NCBI GenBank assembly: GCA_951406725.2
Contig: OX597826.1
Location: 20,336,001 to 20,400,000, forward strand
Length of the DNA: 64,000 bases
Origin: Octopus vulgaris
Lineage: Eukaryota
Reading direction: 5' to 3'
Both the position numbers and the translations under genes were made by a program. The notes beneath the pieces are model-generated. The model had not been told where the DNA came from, ran no database searches, and saw only the letters and a program-made list of their open reading frames with translations. How positions within the stretch are numbered: the first letter of the stretch is position 1; each line of letters starts with the position of its first letter. Of the stretch, positions 52,817 through 64,000 are shown piece by piece.

Positions 52817-53469
52817 TATCGTCAATGTATCAATTATCTGAAAAAGAAGCTTACTCTGAAAGACCAGTAATGTATTCCTCAAAGTGGTGCCTCAGCATGG
52901 CCGCAGTCTAATGACTGGGATAAGCAAGAGATAAATAACAATATATATATTTATTTGGTTTCAATTTTTGGTACAAGGCCAGCAATTTTGGGGTTGGGGC
53001 AAATTGGTTACATCGACCCTAGTGCTCAACAAATACTCAACAAATTACCGACCCCGAAAGAGAAAGTCGACCTCAGCGGAATTTGAACTCAGAACGTAAA
53101 GACAGACAAAATACAGCTAAGTATTTCGTCCGGCGTGCTAACGATTCAGCCAGTTCGACCCTTAATATAGTATATAAATATTATATATTCCCATGCTATT
53201 ATGTATATAGCTTTATATATATACTTCGAGATCCAATTCTAAAAAGAAGAAAAAAGGCGGTGCTCCAGCATGGCCAAAGTCAAATGACTAAAACCAGTAA
53301 AAGAGTAAAAGAATATATATCGATATCAATATCAAAATCAATATATATATATATACATGTATATAGGCAATTTATATCTATGTTATATAAGGAAAAGAAA
53401 GCAATCTCCCATCCAAAAATGAAAGTATTTTAAAACACCGAAAAATACCAACAAAAGATTATGGCTGGG

Positions 53470-53820
53470 AAATCAGTTTACTCAAAGTGACGGCATTCAG
53501 GTTCCACCGTGGCCTCAACATGCCTCCGCAATTTGGCGCCTGCGTTCCTCACTTTGTTCTCGGGAAGATCTTCGAATACTTCTTTCATCTTGGCGTTGGT
53601 GTTGTAGGCAGAGCGGTTGGTGTCTTCCACAATCATGCCCCACACACATGATAATCCATGGGATTACAATTTGATGGAGAATTACAAGGCCAAATATTGG
53701 GGCTAGTGGAGTCATAGAAATTCTCCGACAACCTTTCTGACCCTTTCCGGAAGTATGGAAGGAGCCGAATCCGGCCGGTCAAAATATGGCCTTCCAGAAG
53801 AAACTCTCTCCAACAAGAGT
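53470..53820 (-). mobile_element. Second DD37D (maT-type) transposase C-terminal fragment, decayed
   Basis: GRPY..DSAP, then NFYD..PNIWP.NS..CNPMDY in broken frames; homologous to 780-1100. Confidence 0.7.
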
Positions 53821-53987
53821 GTGAGTCCCTATGTGTGCGCGCACGTGTGTGAGTGTGTGCGTAAACTGCGATTACTTCCAGTCTCCAGCTGATGAAGGTT
53901 TTAAAATTGTGTACGATTCAGGCATTTCCGTTTTTGTTTTCTCGTAAATTTCTTTCGAGTCCTCCTGTGCCACCCTTTGCAATATAT

Positions 53988-54204
53988 ACACAAAGTAGGT
54001 CAAAAGTCACGCACCAAAACTGGTGACATTTTATTTATATTACGTTCTTCTTATTATCATTCATATTGTTCCTCATGTACAAGTCCGTGTGTATTCATCA
54101 TTATTTTATTTATTTCATTCAATTCTAGAAAATATGAAGCAAATCTTCGACAACTATGGAACGTATTGAATTTATTTTGGTGCGTGACTTTTGGCCCACC
54201 CTCT
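53988..54204. mobile_element. Tc1/mariner-type MITE
   Basis: TIRs ggtcaaaagtcacgcaccaaaa / ttttggtgcgtgacttttggcc. Confidence 0.75.
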
Positions 54205-54382
54205 TTGTGTGTGAATGTGTGTATACACACACACACACACATATATATATAATATTATTATATATTATATATTATATGTATTTATATACATACATACATA
54301 CATACATCATTTATGTACATACATGCATACATACATACATGCATACATACATGCATATACATACATGCATACATACATACAT

Positions 54383-54446
<64 letters not shown>

Positions 54447-55240
54447 TACATACATACATACATATATATATATACACACACACACATATGTACTTATGCG
54501 TAATACAAGTAAATATATTTATGTGCACGCATATGTATATACATCGTGTATAATTTCGAGTCTTCATTAAGCTCCATTCATTATCTTTCATTCTAATGAT
54601 ACGTTGTCATGGTACTTTGTGTGTATGAACATTTTTCATATTCATGGAATTCTTTGTTAAAAAGTATTATTCGCATATTAATTCCTAACACGTTTCGACA
54701 GATTCAGACGCAAAATATGTTGGTCGCTGTAGTGTAGGCCATAGGAGAAGAACTCCTCCCTTTCACGACGGCAGTGTATACAATACATTCGGTCCATTGC
54801 CGCACGGCATTCTCAGTCACCGCTGTTTCGACATGTTATGCCTCGTCAGCCACAAGTAGCCGGAACTCTGAGCCTAAACACAGCCACTGTCTTTGTTTAT
54901 ACATTCAACCAACAAAATTTTTGCAAATCGGTTCTTGTATCTATCAACCGATGAAACATTGTTATTTGCATCATGTACTAGAAACAAAGTCGGCGGATTG
55001 CTTTAGACTAAGAGTACCGGCTTCTTGTAGCTGATGAGACACAGCATATCGAAACACCAGTGTCCCAGAATGCCAAACGCCAATTAACCGAGTGCACAAC
55101 AGCACTCGGACCTTACGAGACGAGTTAAGAATAAATGTGCGAATAATCGTTTTCAGACTTCGCTGTACACGATGCAGGTTTTTTGAAATTATTAAAAATG
55201 CTGTTTAAGAAACAACAACAATACTTTTGTTACATACGAG

Positions 55241-55560
55241 AGCTCTTCTTCTTCTTCTTCTTCTTCTTCTTCTTCTTCTTCTTCTTCTTCTTCTTCTTCT
55301 TCTCCTTTTCCTTCTCCTCCTCCTTCTTATTCTCCTTCTCTTCCTCCTTCTTCTTCTCCTTCTCCTCCTCCTCCTTCTCCTCCTCCTCAACCTCCTCCCC
55401 CTTCTTCTTCTTCTTCTTCTTCTTCTTCTTCTTCTCCTCCTCCTCCTCCTTCTTCTTCTTCTTCTCCTCCTCCTCCTCCTCCTCCTCCACCTCCTCCTTC
55501 TTCTTCTCCTCCTCCTCCTCCTCCTCCTTCTTCCTCCTCCTCCTCCTGCTCCTTCTTGCT
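55241..55560. repeat. (CTT)n/(CTC)n polypyrimidine tract of about 320 bp
   Basis: Direct reading; nearly pure C/T. Confidence 0.98.
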
Positions 55561-56068
55561 ATATAAATATATGTCTGTGTATGTGCATGCTTGAGTAGGT
55601 GTGTATATGTGTGCTTGTAAAAATGTATGTGTGTGTACTGTACTTTTCTTTCTAACGGTGAAAGTTTTGCTAATCAGAGAGATTTGTACTTCGCCTCATT
55701 CCTCCACCTCATTCCAACTCGTCGCTGCTGATCAAAGATTCCACGAGACATACACGTTCCGAGAAAAGAAAGAAGAAAAAAAAAAGAACCTATTTGCAAT
55801 CGAGTCTGAAATTCTTTTGTGTTCAATACATCCGGGTATTTACCGAAGCAGTGATTTCTTTTTTTTCTTTTAGTTTCTAAAATAGTTTTCTTTATGGAAG
55901 TTGAAAATATTATAAAACAAGCAAACAATAACAGCCGTATTGTTGTTAACGCTTTATTCATCTGCGTACATGTATTTCGATCTTCGAGGTCGTCATCAGT
56001 GACGTTTATCTTTCTTGGGAAATTCATAGCAGAATAATTATGAATTATAAGCACACATATATACACGC

Positions 56069-56104
<36 letters not shown>

Positions 56105-56517
56105 GCAGATATATATATATATATATATATATATAACAGAAAATAAAGGAAATCTCGAACGCAAAATATCTTAGAAGATCGGGTAAATACCTTAGAAAAC
56201 GGAAAAAAGTGGGTAGCATGACTCTACAGAAAATCGGACTCTGTATCTCTCAAATTCCAACTCACTCGGCGCATCAAAGTCTGTTTATAAAAGAATGTTC
56301 TGATATATATATATATATATTTATATATATGTATATATATATGTGTGTATGCTTGTATAAATATGTATGTGTGTGTGTATGTATGTGTTTATGTGTGGGT
56401 GATATATATATATATATATATACAGTTGGAATTTACAAAAAAACAAAACAAAAGACGAAGTCGGGTGTGTAAACAACAAACAGATATATTAGTTCAACTC
56501 TCGAGACGTGAGAAAGT

Positions 56518-56553
56518 CTTTTACGTTTCGAGCCTACGCTCTTCATCAGAAAG
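56518..56553 (-). ncRNA. Minimal type I hammerhead ribozyme (Penelope type)
   Basis: cuuu-CUGAUGA-a-gagc(guag)gcuc-GAAA-cg-UA-aaag: intact core, stem I cuuu/aaag, 4-bp stem II, palindromic ACGU stem III. Confidence 0.75.
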
Positions 56554-56894
56554 GAACACAGAAATAAACAGAGGAAATAAAAAATATTCTGTGGCAAACG
56601 ATCGGTCATGGCGAACATACATACATACATACATACATACATACATACATACATACATACATACATGTAAGCACACGGATGTTAAACAAGTTGGAGAAAA
56701 CTGAACTCGAAAATGATATGGAGAGTAAAAAAGTGTTTTATCGAACATGAATAAAATCTTCACAAACTCTTAACTCCGATTTTCAGGTGACCGGTAGTGA
56801 AACTGTCCTGTCTGATGAATGGTCACGCGAAACTCCGAGTTAGAGTTTGTGAGGTTTTCCCAGCTTCAATAAAATGATATATATACGCATAATG

Positions 56895-57013
<119 letters not shown>

Positions 57014-57757
57014 TTATGCACAGTCGCACACTCACAGAGATTCGCACAGTTATATAAAAGTGTATTTTAAGCTCCCGGCAAGTGACAACTATGATGCAGG
57101 TTCAATCTCTGGTGAACATTTATCAATTTATTTACGTCAGTAATGATCTTTAGAATCAGGTAACCATGACGTTTTCAATTTCTCCCGAAATGTCTGGCCA
57201 TTCTATCTAGTTAATCCACTCCACCCGATATTTTTGATATTTTAATTTTATATGATTTCTGAAAGTGGTATAAGATCGAATAGTTTGGTGGGGGGGGGGA
57301 GAGTATAGTCGATTAAATAGACCCTAGTTTTTCACTGTTAAATTATTTTAACAGTGCTCAGCCTTTCTCTTTCTTTGTCTCTTCCCTTCTCTCTCTCTCT
57401 CTCCACACACACACACACGCACAAAATTGAAAATAAATTTCAATGAAAAAGTAATACAGAACATTTTTTCAAAGAGTTCTTTCGATAATTTATCCAAATA
57501 TTCTATGGAATGGCAGATTTTGCAAAATAATTTCTGGAAAATAAATAAATAAATAAATTTTAAATAGTTCAGGAATATATTTCGCAGAACACTCCTGCAA
57601 ACTTTGTATGTATGTATGTATGTATGTATGTGTATAAACATACATACATACGTGTGTATGTGTGTGTGTATGAATATGCGTGTACAAACATACATATATG
57701 CAGACATACATACGTATGTGCGTGTGTGTGTGTGTGCGTGCGTGCGTGTGTGTGTGC

Positions 57758-57820
<63 letters not shown>

Positions 57821-58015
57821 AATGGAAAGAGAAGTGGAGAAGAGAGAGATGACAGTGTATAGAAAGGAACAGAGACAAAGTAACGAATGGCGATCTATTT
57901 TTACTGCGATAATTGTTACTAGATAATTTCCGGGCGAATTTGCAAAGCAAACGGCTTAACTGTGCTACGATGACTGCTGACAAATGATCTAATGCTGAAT
58001 AGAGAGGAAGGGAGT

Positions 58016-58050
<35 letters not shown>

Positions 58051-58064
58051 TATGTATGTATATG

Positions 58065-58099
<35 letters not shown>

Positions 58100-58329
58100 A
58101 GAGAGAGGGAGAGAGAGAAAGAGTATGTAAACAATTTATGAAGCATACGCTGTTAGCTAAACTTGCCACTTACACGCTACGCTAAATCTCAATGGCACCT
58201 ATTGTTCATTGAAGGACATGGTGTGTTTGCTTATTCGTCGTCGATTCTCCTTCTTGAAGAAAGTGCATATTTTGTTAGAGTCTGCCTGTTCTGCTTGAAC
58301 AGCTTTCCTCTTCTAGCCATTGCAGTTCT

Positions 58330-58920
58330 CTTTTGGTTTTAGAATGACGAAACTAGAATTCACGTCCACCAGCAGACAAAGGATTCATTTTCGTTTTAAT
58401 TTTAGCATAATTGAAATCAATTCTAAAGTTATCATCGTTGTCTTTGATAGTTTCTTCAACTTCGCAAACAATCATGGCACCTAAACTTCTCCCTCCCCGT
58501 TCGTTTATTAAAAGGAGATCAAGCTGAAATTATCACTCAATTCCAAAGACGACGATGTCATCGACCATTCCCCTCACTCGATTCCAGTCGATGATTTCGA
58601 TGAAACGACATCGTATTTGTTGCGTGAAGAAAGGCAAAAGTCATTGCAGACGATCTCCTCTACTATGACTGTCTTCTCAAGTATCACCTAATTTTTATAC
58701 GATTTTCATGCATCAGCCATCACTGTAATAGATGCATTCAGACCAAATTTCAGATATAAACCCCGACAATATAACGTAAGCATCTTCTGGTTGAATCTTC
58801 CATTTCTTTAATACCAAAACAATTCCGGTTTTCTTATACATTTTATCTAATCTAGCTAAACGTGCAAAAGTTAAGATTTCCGTTGGTGTCCCTCTAATCA
58901 ATTTGTTGAAGCAAACAATA
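58330..58920 (-). pseudogene. Possible decayed L1/Tx1-like ORF1 relic
   Basis: Stop-riddled frame (KKTGIVLVLKKW..YVILSGFISEIWSE..IIDWNRVRG..LLINERGGRS). Pattern recognition only. Confidence 0.25.
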
Positions 58921-60665
58921 CAATAAAGTTATTAACAAGTCAAGTTTATATCTCCCCCCTCTCCTCCTTACCCGCCCTCTCTCTCTCTCTCGCTCTCCCT
59001 TGTCCTTTCTTTAATTTACCCTACAGTATCCTTTCAGACATGAATATTGCTTCCCATTGTCCAGACATAAATCCAGTTTGTTTTTAGGACAATATACCGT
59101 TCTATATTACTGGTACATCTTTTAACTCACGTAGAATGATTTTGACAATTTGGTTTGTAGATATATGGAGGGATTTAAATTATATTGAGGATTTAGACTA
59201 ATCACTTATCGTTAGCGAGAATATTTTTAAATAAACAAAGTAGAATTTATTTCCCCGAGGAGGTTTAATAAGACCAGGACATGTCTATAACATGTCAAAA
59301 CCAGCCTCAGTCCAATATCTATTGTCTATACTAATCACAGATTTCGTTACCTGATCTTATTGGAGTTACCTGCTTATTTTTATTTTATTCTTAGAGGAAG
59401 TTTTTGTTTACTAATTGCAAGAGTAAACTTAAATGATGGAAGTTTTTCAACTCACAATCTCATCTATGCGTGAGTCCCTTCGTGGAGTTGGCGAATGGTT
59501 TCCTGAGATATTTTCCATTAGCATTTATTATTCAATATATTTCCATGTATTAATATAGCCGTATGTATGCATGTATGTATGTATGCATGTATGTATGTAT
59601 GTATGCATGCATGTATGTGTGTGTGCATGTGTGCACGTGTAATGTGTTTAGTGTAATGATCGTGTAATGATCGCTCGTTGATAGGTATAGCAAAAAGAAA
59701 AAAAATAAGCACTCAATACATTTGAGAGTTTTAATATTTCATAAATAGTATCCTATTTGCTAGAAACTACTCAAGTTTCATATTAAGACGAAGATATCTG
59801 GCTGAGCCACAGTATGATGGTGACGGCTTGATCCTAAGTCGGATCAGGTATTTTTCTCATAGCATGAAACTTGAGTAGTTAGTTGGAAATACAATACTAT
59901 AAATACATACATACATGCATGCATGCATAGATAGATAGATAGACAGATAGATAGATAAATAGATAGATAGAAAGATAGATAGATAGATACAAACATTTGG
60001 GATTCTTAACCGGTCTATAGAAGAAATCCACTCCATAGGCGTTAAAACTCTCAAGATGCTGGCATCAATTGGAAATTTCCACAGAAATAGTGATAACAAA
60101 GAGATGAAGTTAGTAGAGGCTTGCAATCAGTGCTGACGGCCTTCGAATGTCGTGTAGTCGTATAGAGAGCAATTACTCTGGTGTTAATTTAACAACAGCA
60201 AAAATAAACACATTAACTTAGTGCTGAAGAGTGAAGAGAGGCATATCCTACGTGTCGGCAGCGAGATCCCCAGGAAGTACTGTCTTCCTGATGACTTCTC
60301 ATACAGCCCCAAATCAACCGGACTAATATACCTCAAAGAAGACCTGGAGGTAAAACGCTGAGAATACCAAAAAAAAAAAAAGCCTCTGCGTGAGTATGTT
60401 TCCAGAAGACTTGAAGAACACATATTGATTTCAATTTTGGCACAAGGGCAGCACTTCCGAGTGAGGGGTTAAGTCGATTACATTGACCCCAATGCTCGAC
60501 TGGTACTTATTTTATTGGCCCCAAAAGGATGAAAGGCAAAACCGACCTTGGCAAAATTTTAACTAAGAGTGCAAAGACGGACGAAATACTGCTAAGAATT
60601 TCGCCCGGCGTCTTAACGATTCTAGCCGCTCGCCGCTTTGAAGAAGACAGTAGTATTGACATCAC

Positions 60666-61402
60666 ACTCGAGATTGCTCCAATCTGGCCTGCCCCAAGGA
60701 AAACCGAAGCTAAGAGCATTAGATTCCTTGGAAGAAAGCAGCGAATGTATACGAAAATAAGGACGGAATCCACTCTTCGTTCTTTCGTTCCCCCTCTCTC
60801 ACATTTCATTGCTTTCTTTTTATGCTCACTTTCCCTCCTCTTTTCACTTCACTGTCTCCCTGTCATTTCTTCTCGCCCTACTTCATTTCTTCTATCCCTC
60901 TGCCTCTACCTCTCCTCTACTCTCCCCGGGCGACCGGTGTTCGGCCAAGCCTGACCTTTCTTTCTTGGTTCGGCCGCTGTGCAACATTTATATTCTTCCC
61001 TGTGCCTGTGAAATCTTGTATCCCTGCCGTAAGGCTTTACTTCCACACACGCCAGCTAAATTTAATTCGTTCTTAGTCGAAAGATACCTGTTGTTATATT
61101 CTGTTATTTGTATTTGTGTAACCTTCTCCGTTTGTTTTCCGTCCTTGTTTTCGTAAATATTCGCTGCTTTCTTCCAAGGAATCTAATGCTCTTAGCTTAT
61201 TTTTTTTTTGGGGGGGGGGGGGCAGATTAGAGTAATCTCGAGTATAACCAACCGAAATTGCAAAGATAATCTGGAAGTCGGCTGAGGAAAGAAAACTCCG
61301 AATGACCCGTTCTTGTTTTCTTTGTATCATCTATCTGGATGTTTTGTAGTCCCTTTCTTGTATCACCTAACTGTCTGGATGTTTTGCGCTCTTGTCCAAT
61401 TT

Positions 61403-61405
<3 letters not shown>
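60666..61405. mobile_element. Penelope-pLTR-like module with a 5' inverted duplication (arms 60666-60769 and 61137-61243)
   Basis: aagctaagagcattagattccttggaagaaagcagcgaat is mirrored exactly. Its tail (61330-61405) is homologous to 49896-49975 in reverse orientation and ends in (TA)n. Confidence 0.65.
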
Positions 61406-61435
<30 letters not shown>

Positions 61436-62394
61436 ACAAATCAAATTGCGATAAAATAAAAATAATTATAATCGCTGGTATTACTAACACAAGCCATATA
61501 TTTTCCATATATCAGTACATTAAGGCGAAATATGTGCTAGGAACACAGAAGCTTGATAAATTAAGTGAAATGAAGATAAAAACATTTACTAACTCGGTTA
61601 TTCTCAGACTGCAGTTTCTTTCTTTTCAGCAATAAAGATAATTTATTTGCTCAATATATATATATATATATAGCGACGTACGTACACTTTGGTCTCTCTC
61701 TCCTCTCTCTCTCTATATATATATGTATATATGACTATAGAAAATAGTACAATATTTATTTCTTCATTACCCACAGGGGGCCGAACATAGAGGGGACAAA
61801 CAAAGACAGACAAAGTGATTAAGTCGATTACATCGACTCCAGTGCAAACTGGTACTTATTTAATCGACCCCGAAAGGATGAAAGGCAAAGTCGACCTCGG
61901 CGGAATTTGAACTCAGGACGTAGCGGCAGACGAAATACCGCTAAGCATTTCACCCGGAGTGCTAACGTTTGTGCCAGCTCGCCGCCATGGAAATAGTACA
62001 ATATTAGGACATATATATGCCCCCGACGGAAAAAAATGGGCATTAGTACGCGCAGATAACGATCTCACACCTTTTATTTTTGCAATAAATGTGCTGATTG
62101 GTTACACCAACAAACCCAACTATATTTTCCAGTTAACTTTAGTAACTGTGAGCGTTTGTGTTCGTGTTTGTCTTCCACCACCATTTGGGAATCAATGTAC
62201 GTTTGCTTACATCCCCGTAATTTAGCGAATCGGCAAAAGAGACCCATAGAATAAGTACCAGAGTTTTAAAGATAAGTGCTGGGGTTAATTTGCTCAACTT
62301 CAACCCCTCAAGACGATGCTCTAGCATGGCCGCAGTCCAATGACTGAAACAAAAGACACACACATACACACACACACGTACGCACACAGACATA

Positions 62395-62431
<37 letters not shown>

Positions 62432-62753
62432 CAACACAGTAATACAGATGATGGCATTACAGTAATCAATCAGTTACGATCGTTTCAATAATTAGTGGAA
62501 ATGTCACTTCAATCAGCATGTTAGGTAATTCTGTTAAAAAAGATTTATATAAAACCATAACAGATGAAATTTTCCATCAATATTCTCATCAAACGTGACA
62601 TAAATGCAATAATATCAAAGGACTATCTGAAAGACTCACCCGGATTTTTAAAATCCTTATCCTGGTATGTATGTATGTATGTATGTATGTATGTATGTAT
62701 GTATGTATGTATGTATGTATGTATGTATGTATGCATGCATGCATGTATGTATG

Positions 62754-62824
<71 letters not shown>

Positions 62825-63604
62825 CGTGCTTGTATTTTTTGTTGTACACTTTCGTGTCGTCCTGTGCCCACATATGCATATATATATATATATATATATA
62901 TGCATATATATTATTTATATTATTATATGATTGGATGCCACGCATTCTCTCCCAAGTAAGTTTTATAATAATTCTGATGCGCACTCTATACGATCTTTTT
63001 ACTCTTTCGTTTTTCTCTCTTTCTCTCTCTTATACTTTTAGCTCTTGTTCCACTGTTCTATCCTATTATTCTGTCACTCTCTCTCCCTCACTCCTCCTCC
63101 CTTGCTCACGTGGCTCCCACGTGACCATCGGCCATCTTTCTCCTCCTAACTTGTGTTTCTTTCTCTCTGTTGTAGCTGGAACCAGGAAGACGTGTTCTTG
63201 TTTGTCTCCTGTCCAAGCTTGATTTACGCGTTCGCCACTATAACCTCGTTTAGGCCTAACAGCTCTTCGTCTTTGTTTTCACTATTCTGTTTGTGTTACC
63301 AATTTTGACCTTCCACAAAATCCCAAATTTTATTTAATTTGCTTTGCGGGAGCAACTGTTTTATCGAAAGCGTATATTGTTGTTAAATTCTCGAAATACG
63401 AGACTAGAGAAACAGCCAACAACTGATGAAGGGTCGTTCTTTATCTTGTTTGGTTTGTCTTCCATTTGTGTCTTTCGTTGTTCGAAAGAATAGTTCATGT
63501 TCTATGTACTCGTGCTTCGTATTTTTTGTTGTACGCGTTTCGTGACGTCCTGTACTCACATATGCGTATAAATATACGTACAGATGTATGTACATATACG
63601 TATG

Positions 63605-63639
<35 letters not shown>

Positions 63640-64000
63640 GGATAGATAGAAGTAGATATTCTTCATCAATGCGCCTCAGGAACTGATTTTTGCTGACGTC
63701 TCGGAAACTAGGTGTTTGTTCTTCCGAAGATCCAGTCTCAAATGAAGGACGCACAAGGATTGAGTGGCTCTTAAAGTCTTGTGTGCCAAATCGCTAATGT
63801 TAAATGAATGAGTAATAAGTATCTTCTCTGGTAGGCCAACAGTCCACTGCGAGTGACATTCCCTCGCAATATAGTATCAGTTGTATGAGATCTTAGTGAA
63901 TTCACTTCACATTGAATTACGAACCGATTATAGATCAACAAAGATTTATGTATATGACTTAAGAGTCGCTAGTTCAATACTTTTACTCTAGTGACCTCTA

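Noticed and set aside
55183-55598. Poly-F/S, poly-L, poly-R and poly-E/K ORFs
   Set aside because: Trinucleotide (CTT/CTC)n tract with no splice or homology support.

Overview
AT-rich, repeat-saturated eukaryotic DNA. The SINE families, long (AT)n/(ATGT)n arrays and LINE set point to an octopus/coleoid cephalopod genome (inference). The only host gene I can support is TMEM33 (Pom33/Per33 family) on the minus strand: six coding exons between 18577 and 2098 with phase-consistent GT-AG junctions. The last exon appears to lie left of the window, and a non-coding first exon and promoter probably lie in the CpG-rich block at about 27.6-29.1 kb. The rest is transposon debris: DD37D (maT) and Tc1 fragments, RTE and R4/Dong LINEs, Helentron-like and piggyBac-like MITEs, foldback elements with TTAGGG repeats, and dozens of SINEs. 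The most unusual signal is a set of about a dozen small non-coding modules with minimal type I hammerhead-ribozyme cores of the Penelope pLTR type. They sit in AT-rich or microsatellite sites, form foldbacks, and in one case are fused to a tRNA-derived Pol III head. In two cases they appear to have inserted together with captured DNA inside a single target-site duplication. Most ORFs in the supplied track are microsatellite or SINE artefacts.
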